Positions 55,047 through 63,978 of a DNA stretch of 64,000 nucleotides are shown piece by piece; the stretch's first letter is position 1; every line of letters starts with the position of its first letter. Both the position numbers and the translations under genes were made by a program. Origin of the DNA: Candidatus Levyibacteriota bacterium (lineage in GTDB: Bacteria; Patescibacteriota; Microgenomatia; Levybacterales; UBA12049); assembly GCA_029260965.1 (NCBI GenBank), contig JAJDCG010000001.1, forward strand, positions 20,803-84,802. Direction: 5' to 3'. The notes beneath the pieces are model-generated. The model had not been told where the DNA came from. It made no database searches and saw only the letters and a list, made by a program, of their open reading frames with translations.

Positions 55047-57187
55047 AAATCCCATTTCTAAAAAACAAAGACACCCAAACACAGCCCACCACTCAGACAC
55101 CTGCACAAAACAACAAAATGGCTGTAAGTCAAAACACTCAACAATCCACAAAAGCTCTTGAAAAACTTGAAAAGGGCCTAACCTCAGTAATCGACATTAT
55201 TGCTCCATCTTCAGTAGAAGTAGATTTCCGTTATATTAGAGTTGGTGAGACTTTTTACACTACTCTTTTTATCGCTGGCTATCCACGCTATGTTTCTCCT
55301 GGCTGGCTTACTCCAATTGTTGACTATGATCACACCCTTGATATATCCATGTTTTGCTATCCTACCTCGTCGACAGACATTCTTTCAGATCTAAAAAGAA
55401 AAATCGGAGAGATGCAAGCAACCCTTTCATCAGATGCTGAACAGGGAAAGGTTGCAGACCCCTCTGTTGAAGCTGCCCTTGAGGATGCCCTTGGCCTTCA
55501 GGAGGAATTAGCAAAGGGGGTTGAACGGTTTTTCCAGTTTGGATTTTACATAACAGTTTCAGCCGAAAGCCTAAATGAACTCAACCAAACAGTAAAAGAA
55601 CTAAAAACCACACTTTCATCCCTGCTTCTGACAGGCAAAACCTCCACACTCCAAATGGAGGAAGGCTTCAAATCCACACTTCCAATCGGCCAAGACAAGC
55701 TCTATATCACACGGAACATGGATACAACATCTCTCGCATCAACCTTTCCTTTTACATCTGCTGTTCTCACCCAAAACAAGGGTGTTATGTATGGCGTGAA
55801 TCAACAAAACGGATCCCTGATAATCTTTGATAGATTTTCACTAGAAAATGCCAATGAAATCGTTCTTGGTAAGTCTGGTGCTGGAAAATCTTATGCCATA
55901 AAGCTGGAAATTGCCCGACAATTTATGCTCGGCACTGAAGTGATAGTTATTGATCCAGAGGGAGAATATGAAGTGTTAACTCCTGTTCTAGGCGGTGAGG
56001 TTGTAGATTTTTCTTCAAATTCTGAAATAAAAATTAATCCTTTTGATCTTGCCGATGTCTATGAAGAGGGGGAAAATCAACTTGGACTTAAAATACTCTC
56101 ACTTCATGGCCTCTTAAAAATAATTACTGGAGAGCTTGATGCTGAACATGATGCAATCATGGATCGTGCACTTATTGAAGCGTACAGACAGAAAGGCATC
56201 ACTACTGACCCAGCAACTCAAAAAAAAGAACCGCCATTGATGGAGGATCTTTACAAAACCCTTCTCGGCATGGAAAATCAGCCGGCTAAGGATCTTGCAT
56301 ACAGGCTTGAAAAATTCATCAAAGGATCAGCCCAGGGCATATTTAACCAGCAATCAAATTTCGAGATCAATAATCCCCTAACTGTTTTCTCGATAAGAAA
56401 TCTTGAAGAAGAACTAAGACCTGTTGCAATGCACATAATTCTTGACTTTGTCTGGACCAGAGTCAAAAAATCACTTAAAAAGCGTATTTTAATACTTGAC
56501 GAGGCATGGTACATGATGAAATATCAAGACAGCGCATCATTTGTCTACTCAATCGCCAAAAGAGCACGTAAATATTATTTAGGAATGACTACTGCAACAC
56601 AAGATGTGGAAGATTTTCTCAAAAATGAATACGGGAAGGCAGTTCTAACTAATTCTTCAATTCAGATTCTTCTCAAACAAGGAACAGCCGAGGTTGACAT
56701 GATATCTGAAACTTTTTATCTATCTGAAGGGGAAAAAGCACTTCTTCTATCTTCTGATGTTGGAGAAGGACTTTTCTTTGCAGGACAAAACCATGTTGTT
56801 ATGAAGGTTTTTGCAGCTCCTTTTGAACACGAATTAATCACCTCTAATCCTGAGGAGGTTTCAAAAAGACAGGAAGCAGACGCGGAATATGCAAAAGCTG
56901 AGGCTAACGCTGCACAAGTGGAACAAGCCACTGCTCCTACTGAGACTTCGCAAGCATCAGCCCCATTATCTCAGAAACCAATACAGGAATACACACCCCC
57001 ACAAGAAACACAAACCCAATCTCAAACGTCTTCAATCCAGGCATCGGACCCCATTCCTCCACAACAAGCCCAAAACACACCTGCTAACACAGATGTTGTG
57101 AACAACCCACCAACACCACAACAACCCATTACAAGCGCATACACACCACCACAGCCACCCACCACAAACCCTACCAACGAGTCCTAA
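55043..57187 (+). CDS. VirB4/TrbE/CagE-family T4SS ATPase with P/T/Q-rich C-terminal tail
   Basis: FIAGYPRYVSPGWLTPI segment, Walker A LGKSGAGKSYAIKLEI, Walker B RILILDEAWYMM, arginine-finger region; 714 aa. Confidence 0.8.
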   Translation: MKIPFLKNKDTQTQPTTQTPAQNNKMAVSQNTQQSTKALEKLEKGLTSVIDIIAPSSVEVDFRYIRVGETFYTTLFIAGYPRYVSPGWLTPIVDYDHTLDISMFCYPTSSTDILSDLKRKIGEMQATLSSDAEQGKVADPSVEAALEDALGLQEELAKGVERFFQFGFYITVSAESLNELNQTVKELKTTLSSLLLTGKTSTLQMEEGFKSTLPIGQDKLYITRNMDTTSLASTFPFTSAVLTQNKGVMYGVNQQNGSLIIFDRFSLENANEIVLGKSGAGKSYAIKLEIARQFMLGTEVIVIDPEGEYEVLTPVLGGEVVDFSSNSEIKINPFDLADVYEEGENQLGLKILSLHGLLKIITGELDAEHDAIMDRALIEAYRQKGITTDPATQKKEPPLMEDLYKTLLGMENQPAKDLAYRLEKFIKGSAQGIFNQQSNFEINNPLTVFSIRNLEEELRPVAMHIILDFVWTRVKKSLKKRILILDEAWYMMKYQDSASFVYSIAKRARKYYLGMTTATQDVEDFLKNEYGKAVLTNSSIQILLKQGTAEVDMISETFYLSEGEKALLLSSDVGEGLFFAGQNHVVMKVFAAPFEHELITSNPEEVSKRQEADAEYAKAEANAAQVEQATAPTETSQASAPLSQKPIQEYTPPQETQTQSQTSSIQASDPIPPQQAQNTPANTDVVNNPPTPQQPITSAYTPPQPPTTNPTNES

Positions 57188-57206
57188 ACTTTGCTAGTAT
57201 TAAATA

Positions 57207-58691
57207 ATGGATGATGAAGAAAGACAGGATGACGCTCCTGAAGAGGAACCCCAGGATGAAGATGGCGAAAACGATCAAGGAGTTAGCCAACCTGGTGCTC
57301 CAGGTCGTGGGGCCCGTGTATCACAAAAGGGTGGCAGAATAAAAAATGCTCTTAAAGAAGGTGCAAGGGGACTCAGCAAGGGTAAGGGAAAAAACGCAGC
57401 AACAGACGCATTGAAAGGATTCAGGCATGGCAGTATAAACAAAGATGATGAAGACAGTAAACATAAACGACCGTCCCTGAGGCAAATCCGTCGTTTTAGC
57501 AAAATGGCAAAAGGACTTAAGGGCGCAGGTGGCGCAGCTGGTGGAGGAGCAGCAGCTGGTGGAGAAGCAGTAGCAGCAGGCGCAGCAGCAGCTGGTGCAG
57601 GAATGCCTGTTGCATTAATTGTATTAATCGTGGTTTTTGTAATTATTCTGCTTTTTGGCTTTATATTTATGTTTAATAATCCCGAACCCTCAATCCTTTC
57701 AATAACTAAAACTGGCCCAGAAACAGCTTCCTCAGGAGAGGAAATAACTTATCAGATAAATGTCTCATATCCCGACACGGCAGAAAATATAATAATAAAA
57801 GATCGTATTCCTTCTGAAACCGACTATGTATCCTCCTCTCCCTCTGCTAGATTTGACGCTTCTACAAGGACAGCTACGTGGAGCCTAAGCGAGTTTATTT
57901 CCCCTATAAATAATGTGAACACCACTCTAAACATCAGCCTGCGCATAAAAGATGGGCTAACAAATGTCAACATAATCAACCTGTCCGAGGGTGAAGTTAT
58001 TGGTGGCGGAACTGACCCAGGCACCGGAACTCCGACAGGCGATATCGCAAAACTATTGCCCCAACCCCTACCCCCAGACTCTCCCTCGGTTCTAAACCGC
58101 AAATCAGCAGTCATACTATCAACACAAAACACCACGAACAAGGAAGCATACGAAAAAGCCTCTCTAGCCACAGGCTTACCCTGGCAGGTTTTTGCAGGCA
58201 TACACTACAGAGAGGGAGGGGCTGCTCCAAACAAATCTATTGTCAGTGGTAGAACTATTGGCTCCCGAGAACCAGATGTTGAAAATGGACCAGGGTGCAG
58301 CGTGCATAATACAAAAGGAGCTACTGATGGTCTTGCTGAAAAACTCAGCAGTGGGGGCTGTGGTTTTAGTTCTCTTGCTGATTCAGCAATCTATGCAGGA
58401 ATTCTTTTGAAAAAAAAGGTTAACGGTAACCTGAATAGCTACGAGGACCTTGTAAAAGCTTTGTCAAGATACAATGGCGGTGGTAACGCAAACTGTGGAA
58501 AGACACCCTATACTGGTTGTCCAAAACTCTTCTACGGAGAAGACGACACTTATGTCGTAAACCTTTTTGATGAAAAGCACGCAACTATGTATGTTGTTTA
58601 TTGTGCTGATCACACCTTGTGTAATCCTCCCAAAACAGACTCTCGACCAGGCGCAGCAACAGCTATAAAATGGGTTTCGCAGTCAAATTAA
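57207..58691 (+). CDS. Surface/membrane protein: acidic N-terminus, Gly/Ala-rich segment, TM, DUF11 (conserved repeat) domain, Cys-containing C-terminal domain
   Basis: ITKTGPETASSGEEITYQINVSYPDTAENIIIKDRIPSETDYVSSSPSARFDASTRTATWSL fits the DUF11 repeat pattern; single TM VALIVLIVVFVIILLFGFIFMF. Confidence 0.4.
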   Translation: MDDEERQDDAPEEEPQDEDGENDQGVSQPGAPGRGARVSQKGGRIKNALKEGARGLSKGKGKNAATDALKGFRHGSINKDDEDSKHKRPSLRQIRRFSKMAKGLKGAGGAAGGGAAAGGEAVAAGAAAAGAGMPVALIVLIVVFVIILLFGFIFMFNNPEPSILSITKTGPETASSGEEITYQINVSYPDTAENIIIKDRIPSETDYVSSSPSARFDASTRTATWSLSEFISPINNVNTTLNISLRIKDGLTNVNIINLSEGEVIGGGTDPGTGTPTGDIAKLLPQPLPPDSPSVLNRKSAVILSTQNTTNKEAYEKASLATGLPWQVFAGIHYREGGAAPNKSIVSGRTIGSREPDVENGPGCSVHNTKGATDGLAEKLSSGGCGFSSLADSAIYAGILLKKKVNGNLNSYEDLVKALSRYNGGGNANCGKTPYTGCPKLFYGEDDTYVVNLFDEKHATMYVVYCADHTLCNPPKTDSRPGAATAIKWVSQSN

Positions 58692-58727
58692 ATTGTTATT
58701 GTCGTTTGTTTTTAATAAACTAGAACT

Positions 58728-59291
58728 ATGTATGCTTTAAAAGGTAAGTTTATTCTTTTTGCTTTAGCTATTATTCTCATAATAATCTTGACTGTTCTTG
58801 TGTTTTTTTCTTTTTCACAAACAGACAATCAAGACGACACAGGAACCACGCCCATAAAACAAACGGGTTCGGAAAACAAAATTCCTGCTTTTAAAACAAT
58901 CACCAACATACCAACAACTACTGAAGGCATAGACGAAAACTCTATAGAAGTAAAAAATTCGATTAAAGAGATAGAAAATCTCTATCCACACTTACCATAT
59001 TCTGAAGAACTCGTCTCATCCACAGGAGTAGATCTATCAATACTCATTCCTTCCAGGGAGTTTCAAACAAACAGTTTTACTTTGTCTGTTGAGGTATTTG
59101 GAATTGACTATAACATGCCTGTTGATGATCCTAATTACAGCAATATGCAAGCCTCTTTTCTGGAAGGAGCAGAGAAAATTTTTTCATTCATAAAAAGCAA
59201 GAATGTTGATCCCAAAAAAATTATCTTCTCCTGGGGTGATCGATTGTTTATACAGGAAAGGGCACAGGAGTGGTTAAAGGATGTTCAATAA
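58728..59291 (+). CDS. Bitopic membrane protein (N-terminal TM + periplasmic domain), T4SS-associated hypothetical
   Basis: Topology only; within T4SS-like cluster. Confidence 0.35.
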   Translation: MYALKGKFILFALAIILIIILTVLVFFSFSQTDNQDDTGTTPIKQTGSENKIPAFKTITNIPTTTEGIDENSIEVKNSIKEIENLYPHLPYSEELVSSTGVDLSILIPSREFQTNSFTLSVEVFGIDYNMPVDDPNYSNMQASFLEGAEKIFSFIKSKNVDPKKIIFSWGDRLFIQERAQEWLKDVQ

Positions 59292-59294
59292 ATT

Positions 59295-59993
59295 ATGAAG
59301 AAAATATCTGTTTTTATCATCACATTAATTTTTGTTTTCGTGAGTCTTTTTTTGCCGCTTAAAAGCTTTGCACAAAGCTCTGTAAGTTGTTGGGTAACTA
59401 AAATAGGCACTCCTAGTGAAGAAGCTGTGCTCCCTTTTCCATGTAGGGGAGCCGAAGATATCAATGGGCTGATTTATCCCCAACCATTAACAAAACACCC
59501 GACTAGAGCCGGCTATTATCAACTTCCCCCTTCTACTGATGGTTCTTACCGTATTGAGACGTGTCCTGGGCAATCATGGGGCTCACAGGAGTTGGTGGGC
59601 GTACTCTATACTGTTGCTAAAAGATGGAAAGAACTACACCCTAGAGGAAGATTAAACATAGGTGATTTGAACGCTTTTGGTCATAAATCACACAACTGGG
59701 GACGTGCAGTAGACCTTGACGCAACCACAACAGGTTCAGATTGGGTTGCTGACTTCACAAAGGGCAATTACAACAGGAGTGCAACAATTGAACTTGGCAA
59801 GCTGTTTGTGGATACGAATCTAATTTTAAATATTTGGTATAATGATCAAGCCGTAAACAATGAGGTATTGGCCTATTCAAGAGCTACAGGAAAGTCTTTA
59901 GGAATGAATATGAAACCCATAGTTGGACACAACAATCATTTCCATGTCGACATCAACACAGAAAAGCTTGGTTTTTGGGTTCCGGGATGTTAA
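59295..59993 (+). CDS. Secreted LAS-type zinc metallopeptidase, peptidase M15 (MepA-like murein endopeptidase)
   Basis: Signal peptide; H-x-x-H...D (FGHKSHNWGRAVDLD) and HxH (HNNHFHVDI) zinc-ligand pattern characteristic of MepA/VanY/M15 enzymes. Confidence 0.55.
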   Translation: MKKISVFIITLIFVFVSLFLPLKSFAQSSVSCWVTKIGTPSEEAVLPFPCRGAEDINGLIYPQPLTKHPTRAGYYQLPPSTDGSYRIETCPGQSWGSQELVGVLYTVAKRWKELHPRGRLNIGDLNAFGHKSHNWGRAVDLDATTTGSDWVADFTKGNYNRSATIELGKLFVDTNLILNIWYNDQAVNNEVLAYSRATGKSLGMNMKPIVGHNNHFHVDINTEKLGFWVPGC

Positions 59994-60595
59994 ATATGAG
60001 AAATTTTATAATAAAATATAGGTTTTTTTTAATCCCCATTGTCCCTCTTTTATTCGTTTTTTTTATGTTTTATTTTATAATATCCAACTCGCCAGCTCCA
60101 CACTCAAACACAGTACCCTCTCAAGCACCCAATAACTCAGACAACACAATACAAACAGATCAACAACTAGTTAATGATTTTGACGTACTTGAAGGAAACG
60201 AAGAACCAATTGGCACAGAAGGTCTAATACGTACAGAGAGTCTTTCTGATGGTACTGAAAAAAAATATTTTTTATCTTCTGTTCCTGGTCGGGAGAGAAT
60301 AATAACAACCAAAGGAAAAGATAATATTATTTTTGAATCCATACCTATAGGTGCAGATTTTTCTGTGAATTTAAATGACTTCACACAGGTATATGGTGAT
60401 GCGCGTTTTGTTTTCCTGGGATCTTCTTTTTATGGAGGATCTGCAGAAACTCACATCTACGCGGACGAGGGTATTGCTATAATCGTAAACCCTGCAACAG
60501 GACAGGTTTATGAGCAGCATGTTTTCATACCGGTTAGAACAGAGGATTATGTGAGGCTCTTTGGAGAAGATATCTCTTCTAGTTCTGGACCCTGA
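59975..60595 (+). CDS. Bitopic membrane protein, possible VirB8-like T4SS component
   Basis: N-terminal TM FLIPIVPLLFVFFMFYFIIS followed by about 170-aa soluble domain; assignment by topology and context only. Confidence 0.3.
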   Translation: MGSGMLNMRNFIIKYRFFLIPIVPLLFVFFMFYFIISNSPAPHSNTVPSQAPNNSDNTIQTDQQLVNDFDVLEGNEEPIGTEGLIRTESLSDGTEKKYFLSSVPGRERIITTKGKDNIIFESIPIGADFSVNLNDFTQVYGDARFVFLGSSFYGGSAETHIYADEGIAIIVNPATGQVYEQHVFIPVRTEDYVRLFGEDISSSSGP

Positions 60596-61688
60596 CTGGC
60601 ATTATTAAATGAAGATATGAGTTGTCATCTTTTATTTTAAAAACACCGGGATTAAGCGGCCCCGTCATTTCAAAAATCATGTCTTCCTCCTCCACCCCCC
60701 CCAATATATCTTGTAAATATCTTGCGTTAAATGCTATTTCATTTTCTTCTCCACTTAATTTCGCATCTACTTCTACAGAATTTTCTCCTGTTTGTGGAGT
60801 ATGAGAAGAAATTATAATTTTGTCTTTTGACAATGACATTTTTATTATATTTGCGCTGTCTCTAGCAAAAATAGAACATATTTTAACAGCCCTCTGCATC
60901 TCTTCCCTGTCGAATTCTATTTTGCTTGAAAAATCTGTAGGGATTATTTTTTTATAATCAGGGTATATTGCTTCTATCAACCTACCTATTAGGATTGTTT
61001 TCCCTTGTTCAAAAATAATCTGGCTACTCTCTTTAGACGTGTAAACGTTTATTTCTTCACTGTCTTCTTTTAAGACTAACAATTCTCTGAAAACTCTTGA
61101 TGGTACTATGATATTTTCTGTTTCTTCCTCATTGCTGCCTTTTATTTTGTGGTGTTTTAATGAAAGCCTGTAACCGTCTGTTGCAACAAGAAGAAATCCT
61201 TCTTCTTCTTTTTTAATCAACACTCCTGATAACGCTGGTCTGGTTGTATCCATACTAGAGGCAAATATGATAGATGAGAAATCTTTTTTTATTAAAACAG
61301 CGTCTAGAGTTGCAATCTTGTTTCCTTTGTTTTTATATAGTTTAGGGAATTCTTCGCTTTTGATTGTTTGAAGAACTGATTTTGTTTTCTTTGTTTTTAT
61401 TATCAATGTTTCTCTGTCCTCCTCTAGAACGATTTCTTCTTCTGAAAGAGATCCTATTAGGTCTATAAATGTCCTTGCTGGTATTGTTACAGAGCCTTCT
61501 TCTTCTGTTGCTGCATCTATATCTACCTCTATTCCAATTTCTAAATCTGTACTTGCTATTCTCAAATTATTTTTTTTTGCTTCTAGGAGGATGTTTAGAA
61601 GAACAGGAAGTTGGCTTTTTGGTGAAACAGCTCGGTTTATAAAAGGTAATTTCTCTTGGAGTTTTTTTATGGATATCTTTGTCTTCAT
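60579..61688 (-). CDS. dnaN: DNA polymerase III beta sliding clamp
   Basis: MKTKISIKKLQEKLPFINRAVSPKSQLPVLLNILLEA N-terminus and three-domain length (369 aa); downstream of dnaA. Confidence 0.85.
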   Translation of the reverse strand: MKTKISIKKLQEKLPFINRAVSPKSQLPVLLNILLEAKKNNLRIASTDLEIGIEVDIDAATEEEGSVTIPARTFIDLIGSLSEEEIVLEEDRETLIIKTKKTKSVLQTIKSEEFPKLYKNKGNKIATLDAVLIKKDFSSIIFASSMDTTRPALSGVLIKKEEEGFLLVATDGYRLSLKHHKIKGSNEEETENIIVPSRVFRELLVLKEDSEEINVYTSKESSQIIFEQGKTILIGRLIEAIYPDYKKIIPTDFSSKIEFDREEMQRAVKICSIFARDSANIIKMSLSKDKIIISSHTPQTGENSVEVDAKLSGEENEIAFNARYLQDILGGVEEEDMIFEMTGPLNPGVFKIKDDNSYLHLIMPVRVQN

Positions 61689-61837
61689 ATAATACTTTTT
61701 GTTGTTGTAGTAGTGTATCTGGAAAAGTGGAAAAAAGCAATATTTACCAAATTTTCAGGCATAAAAAAATGTGGATAAAAAGTTGATAAAAATGGGTATA
61801 TCTTGTAGATTAATTTTATTTTTGTAATTATCATAAG
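61689..61837. promoter_or_regulatory. dnaA-dnaN intergenic region with perfect DnaA box TGTGGATAA (61770-61778) and AT-rich unwinding-like tract; candidate oriC component
   Basis: Direct reading; second perfect box at 63242-63250 upstream of dnaA. Confidence 0.55.
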
Positions 61838-63211
61838 TTATCCCCTAAATAATTTTCTTATCCCTACAATATCCCCAAAATAATCAGTCTTATTGTCCAC
61901 CATATTTTCTATTTTATCCACACCATGCATCACCGTGGTGTGATCCCTCCCCCCTAGAATACCCCCCACATCTTTAAGCGTTAGCCCAAGGTCTTTATTA
62001 AGAAGAAACATTGTTATATGTCGTGCTTTTACAAAAGAAGCATCTCTCTTAGCACCCTTTAACTGGGTTGATTTGATTCTGTAAAACTCACAAACAGACT
62101 TTATTATATCTTCTGCGTGGAGATGTTCTCTTTTTTCCTCAAACATACCTCCTATTGCTCGTTCAGCCATCTCCAGTGTTATAGGAGAGTTGGTGGTGGT
62201 TGCTTCAGTGATTATTCTCAATAAAAAACCTTCTAAACTTCTTGTGTCTTCTGCTTTTTCTGCGAGAAACTTGGCGACTTCAATTGGCAGCTCATGTCCA
62301 AATTTTTTTGCCTTTATGAGGAGGATTGCAGTTTTTAATTCAAAGTCGGGGGCTTGTATGTCAACTGCAAGTCCTCCTGCAAAGCGAGAGGAAAGTCTTT
62401 TTTCAAGTTTTTTTATTTCCTGTGGGGGTCTGTCTGAAGAGAGGACGATCTGGGCGCTTTTGTCTATCAATATATTAAACGTATGAAACAGCTCTTCCTG
62501 TACCTTTTCTTTTCCTTCTACAAATTGGATATCGTCAATCAGAAGAAGACTTGCCGACCTAAATCGCCTTTTCATCCTAGCAGTGTCATTGTTTCTTATC
62601 GCCTCAACTACTTCATTGGTAAATTCTTCACTTGTGAGATAGATGATTTTACGATCAGGATTTTTGATATAAACCTCATTAGCAATAGCGTGCATTAGGT
62701 GGGTTTTGCCTACCCCAACAGGGCCATAAATAAAGAGGGGATTGTATGAAGTTCCAGGATTTTTAGCAACAGTAGAGGATGAAACAAATGCTAGTTGATT
62801 GCTTCCAGATACTGCAAAGTTTGAAAATGTATAGTCTGCTCTTACACGAGGAAGATGGCCTATTGTTGGGGAGGATAGTTTTTTTTCATCAGATTCAGGT
62901 GTGAATAGAGGTGTTTTTCCATCGTCATTTCTTTTTTTTACTTTCGCTCCAACCATGGGAGCGCCTGGAACGAATACTACTGATATGTCTGCTTCTCCTG
63001 TATATTTTTCAAGTTTCTTCTCAATATCCTTAACGAGTCTTTCTCGAAGCATGTTGATGATTATTGGGGATGATGTTTTTACAGTTGCAACCCCTTTTTC
63101 AATAGAAGAGAGGACAGCAGGTTTCAAGAGGGTGCCATAATGTCCCTCTGACACAGTGGGCCTAATATCTTCTATGACTTTTTCCCAAACACTGTTTAAA
63201 TCTCGGTTCAT
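61838..63211 (-). CDS. dnaA: Chromosomal replication initiator DnaA
   Basis: AAA+ Walker A GPVGVGKTHLMHA, Walker B LLLIDDIQF, C-terminal DnaA-box-binding HTH (GGRDHTTVMHG). Confidence 0.92.
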   Translation of the reverse strand: MNRDLNSVWEKVIEDIRPTVSEGHYGTLLKPAVLSSIEKGVATVKTSSPIIINMLRERLVKDIEKKLEKYTGEADISVVFVPGAPMVGAKVKKRNDDGKTPLFTPESDEKKLSSPTIGHLPRVRADYTFSNFAVSGSNQLAFVSSSTVAKNPGTSYNPLFIYGPVGVGKTHLMHAIANEVYIKNPDRKIIYLTSEEFTNEVVEAIRNNDTARMKRRFRSASLLLIDDIQFVEGKEKVQEELFHTFNILIDKSAQIVLSSDRPPQEIKKLEKRLSSRFAGGLAVDIQAPDFELKTAILLIKAKKFGHELPIEVAKFLAEKAEDTRSLEGFLLRIITEATTTNSPITLEMAERAIGGMFEEKREHLHAEDIIKSVCEFYRIKSTQLKGAKRDASFVKARHITMFLLNKDLGLTLKDVGGILGGRDHTTVMHGVDKIENMVDNKTDYFGDIVGIRKLFRG

Positions 63212-63298
63212 ATTTCATGGGGCAGGGTTAACATTAAATAATGTGGATAACTTTTTGTCAAGTAGCACTTTATAAGATCTTGTGGTATACTAACGAGC
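63212..63298. promoter_or_regulatory. dnaA-rpmH divergent intergenic region with perfect DnaA box (TGTGGATAA, 63242-63250)
   Basis: Direct reading. Confidence 0.5.
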
Positions 63299-63433
63299 AT
63301 GGAAAGGTTGACCAAGCCCAAGAAAATAAAAAGAAAAAGAAAGCATGGATTCTTAGTCTTAATGAGATCTCATTCAGGGCAAAAACTGCTTCAGAGAAGA
63401 CGGCAGACGGGTAGAAAAAGACTTGCAGTTTAA
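63299..63433 (+). CDS. rpmH: 50S ribosomal protein L34
   Basis: Hand translation MERLTKPKKIKRKRKHGFLVLMRSHSGQKLLQRRRQTGRKRLAV matches L34 consensus (...KRKRTHGF..R..T..G..VL.RRR.KGRKRL.V). Confidence 0.8.
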   Translation: MERLTKPKKIKRKRKHGFLVLMRSHSGQKLLQRRRQTGRKRLAV

Positions 63434-63442
63434 TGCTAGAAA

Positions 63443-63772
63443 ATGTTAAAGAAGAGCCACCGTTTACCAGCAGGACAACGTCTGAAAAATCCTATTTTTC
63501 AAAACACAACATACTTTCTGCTTAAATATTCAAAAAACAAAAAAGAAGTTAGTAGATTTGCTTTTGTGATAAAAAAGAGTGTGGAAAAAACAGCAGTTGG
63601 CAGAAATAGAGCAAGGAGGGTGTTGAGATCATGCGTTGAAGAGACTCTTGGAGAGATAAAAACAGGATACGATATGATTTTTTTTATTCAAAAAGGTATA
63701 ATAGGCAAGAAGCAAGAGGAAGTCTGTGATCTTTTGAAAAAGCAGATGTTAAAAAACAATTTGATAAAATGA
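63443..63772 (+). CDS. rnpA: Ribonuclease P protein component
   Basis: Basic 109-aa protein with RNR motif AVGRNRARRVLR; follows rpmH. Confidence 0.8.
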   Translation: MLKKSHRLPAGQRLKNPIFQNTTYFLLKYSKNKKEVSRFAFVIKKSVEKTAVGRNRARRVLRSCVEETLGEIKTGYDMIFFIQKGIIGKKQEEVCDLLKKQMLKNNLIK

Positions 63773-63978
63773 AGCAAGTTTTAATAGTTCTTATAAAAAT
63801 ATATAAAATAACAATTTCGCCAATTTTGGACCAGGTTGTTCAGGTTCATTGTAGGCATGTAGAAACATGCTCAGACTACTCAATGCGAGCGATAAAAGAG
63901 AATGGAGCCTTAAAAGGTTTAATGATTTCTTTTAAAAGATTTTTGAGATGTCAGCCGTTTGCCCAAAAATATGTTTGA
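63769..63978 (+). CDS. yidD: Membrane protein insertion efficiency factor YidD
   Basis: IKIYKITISPIL...CRHVETCSDYSMRAIKENGALKGLMISFKRFLRCQPF matches YidD (DUF37) signature; 4-bp overlap with rnpA. Confidence 0.75.
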   Translation: MKQVLIVLIKIYKITISPILDQVVQVHCRHVETCSDYSMRAIKENGALKGLMISFKRFLRCQPFAQKYV

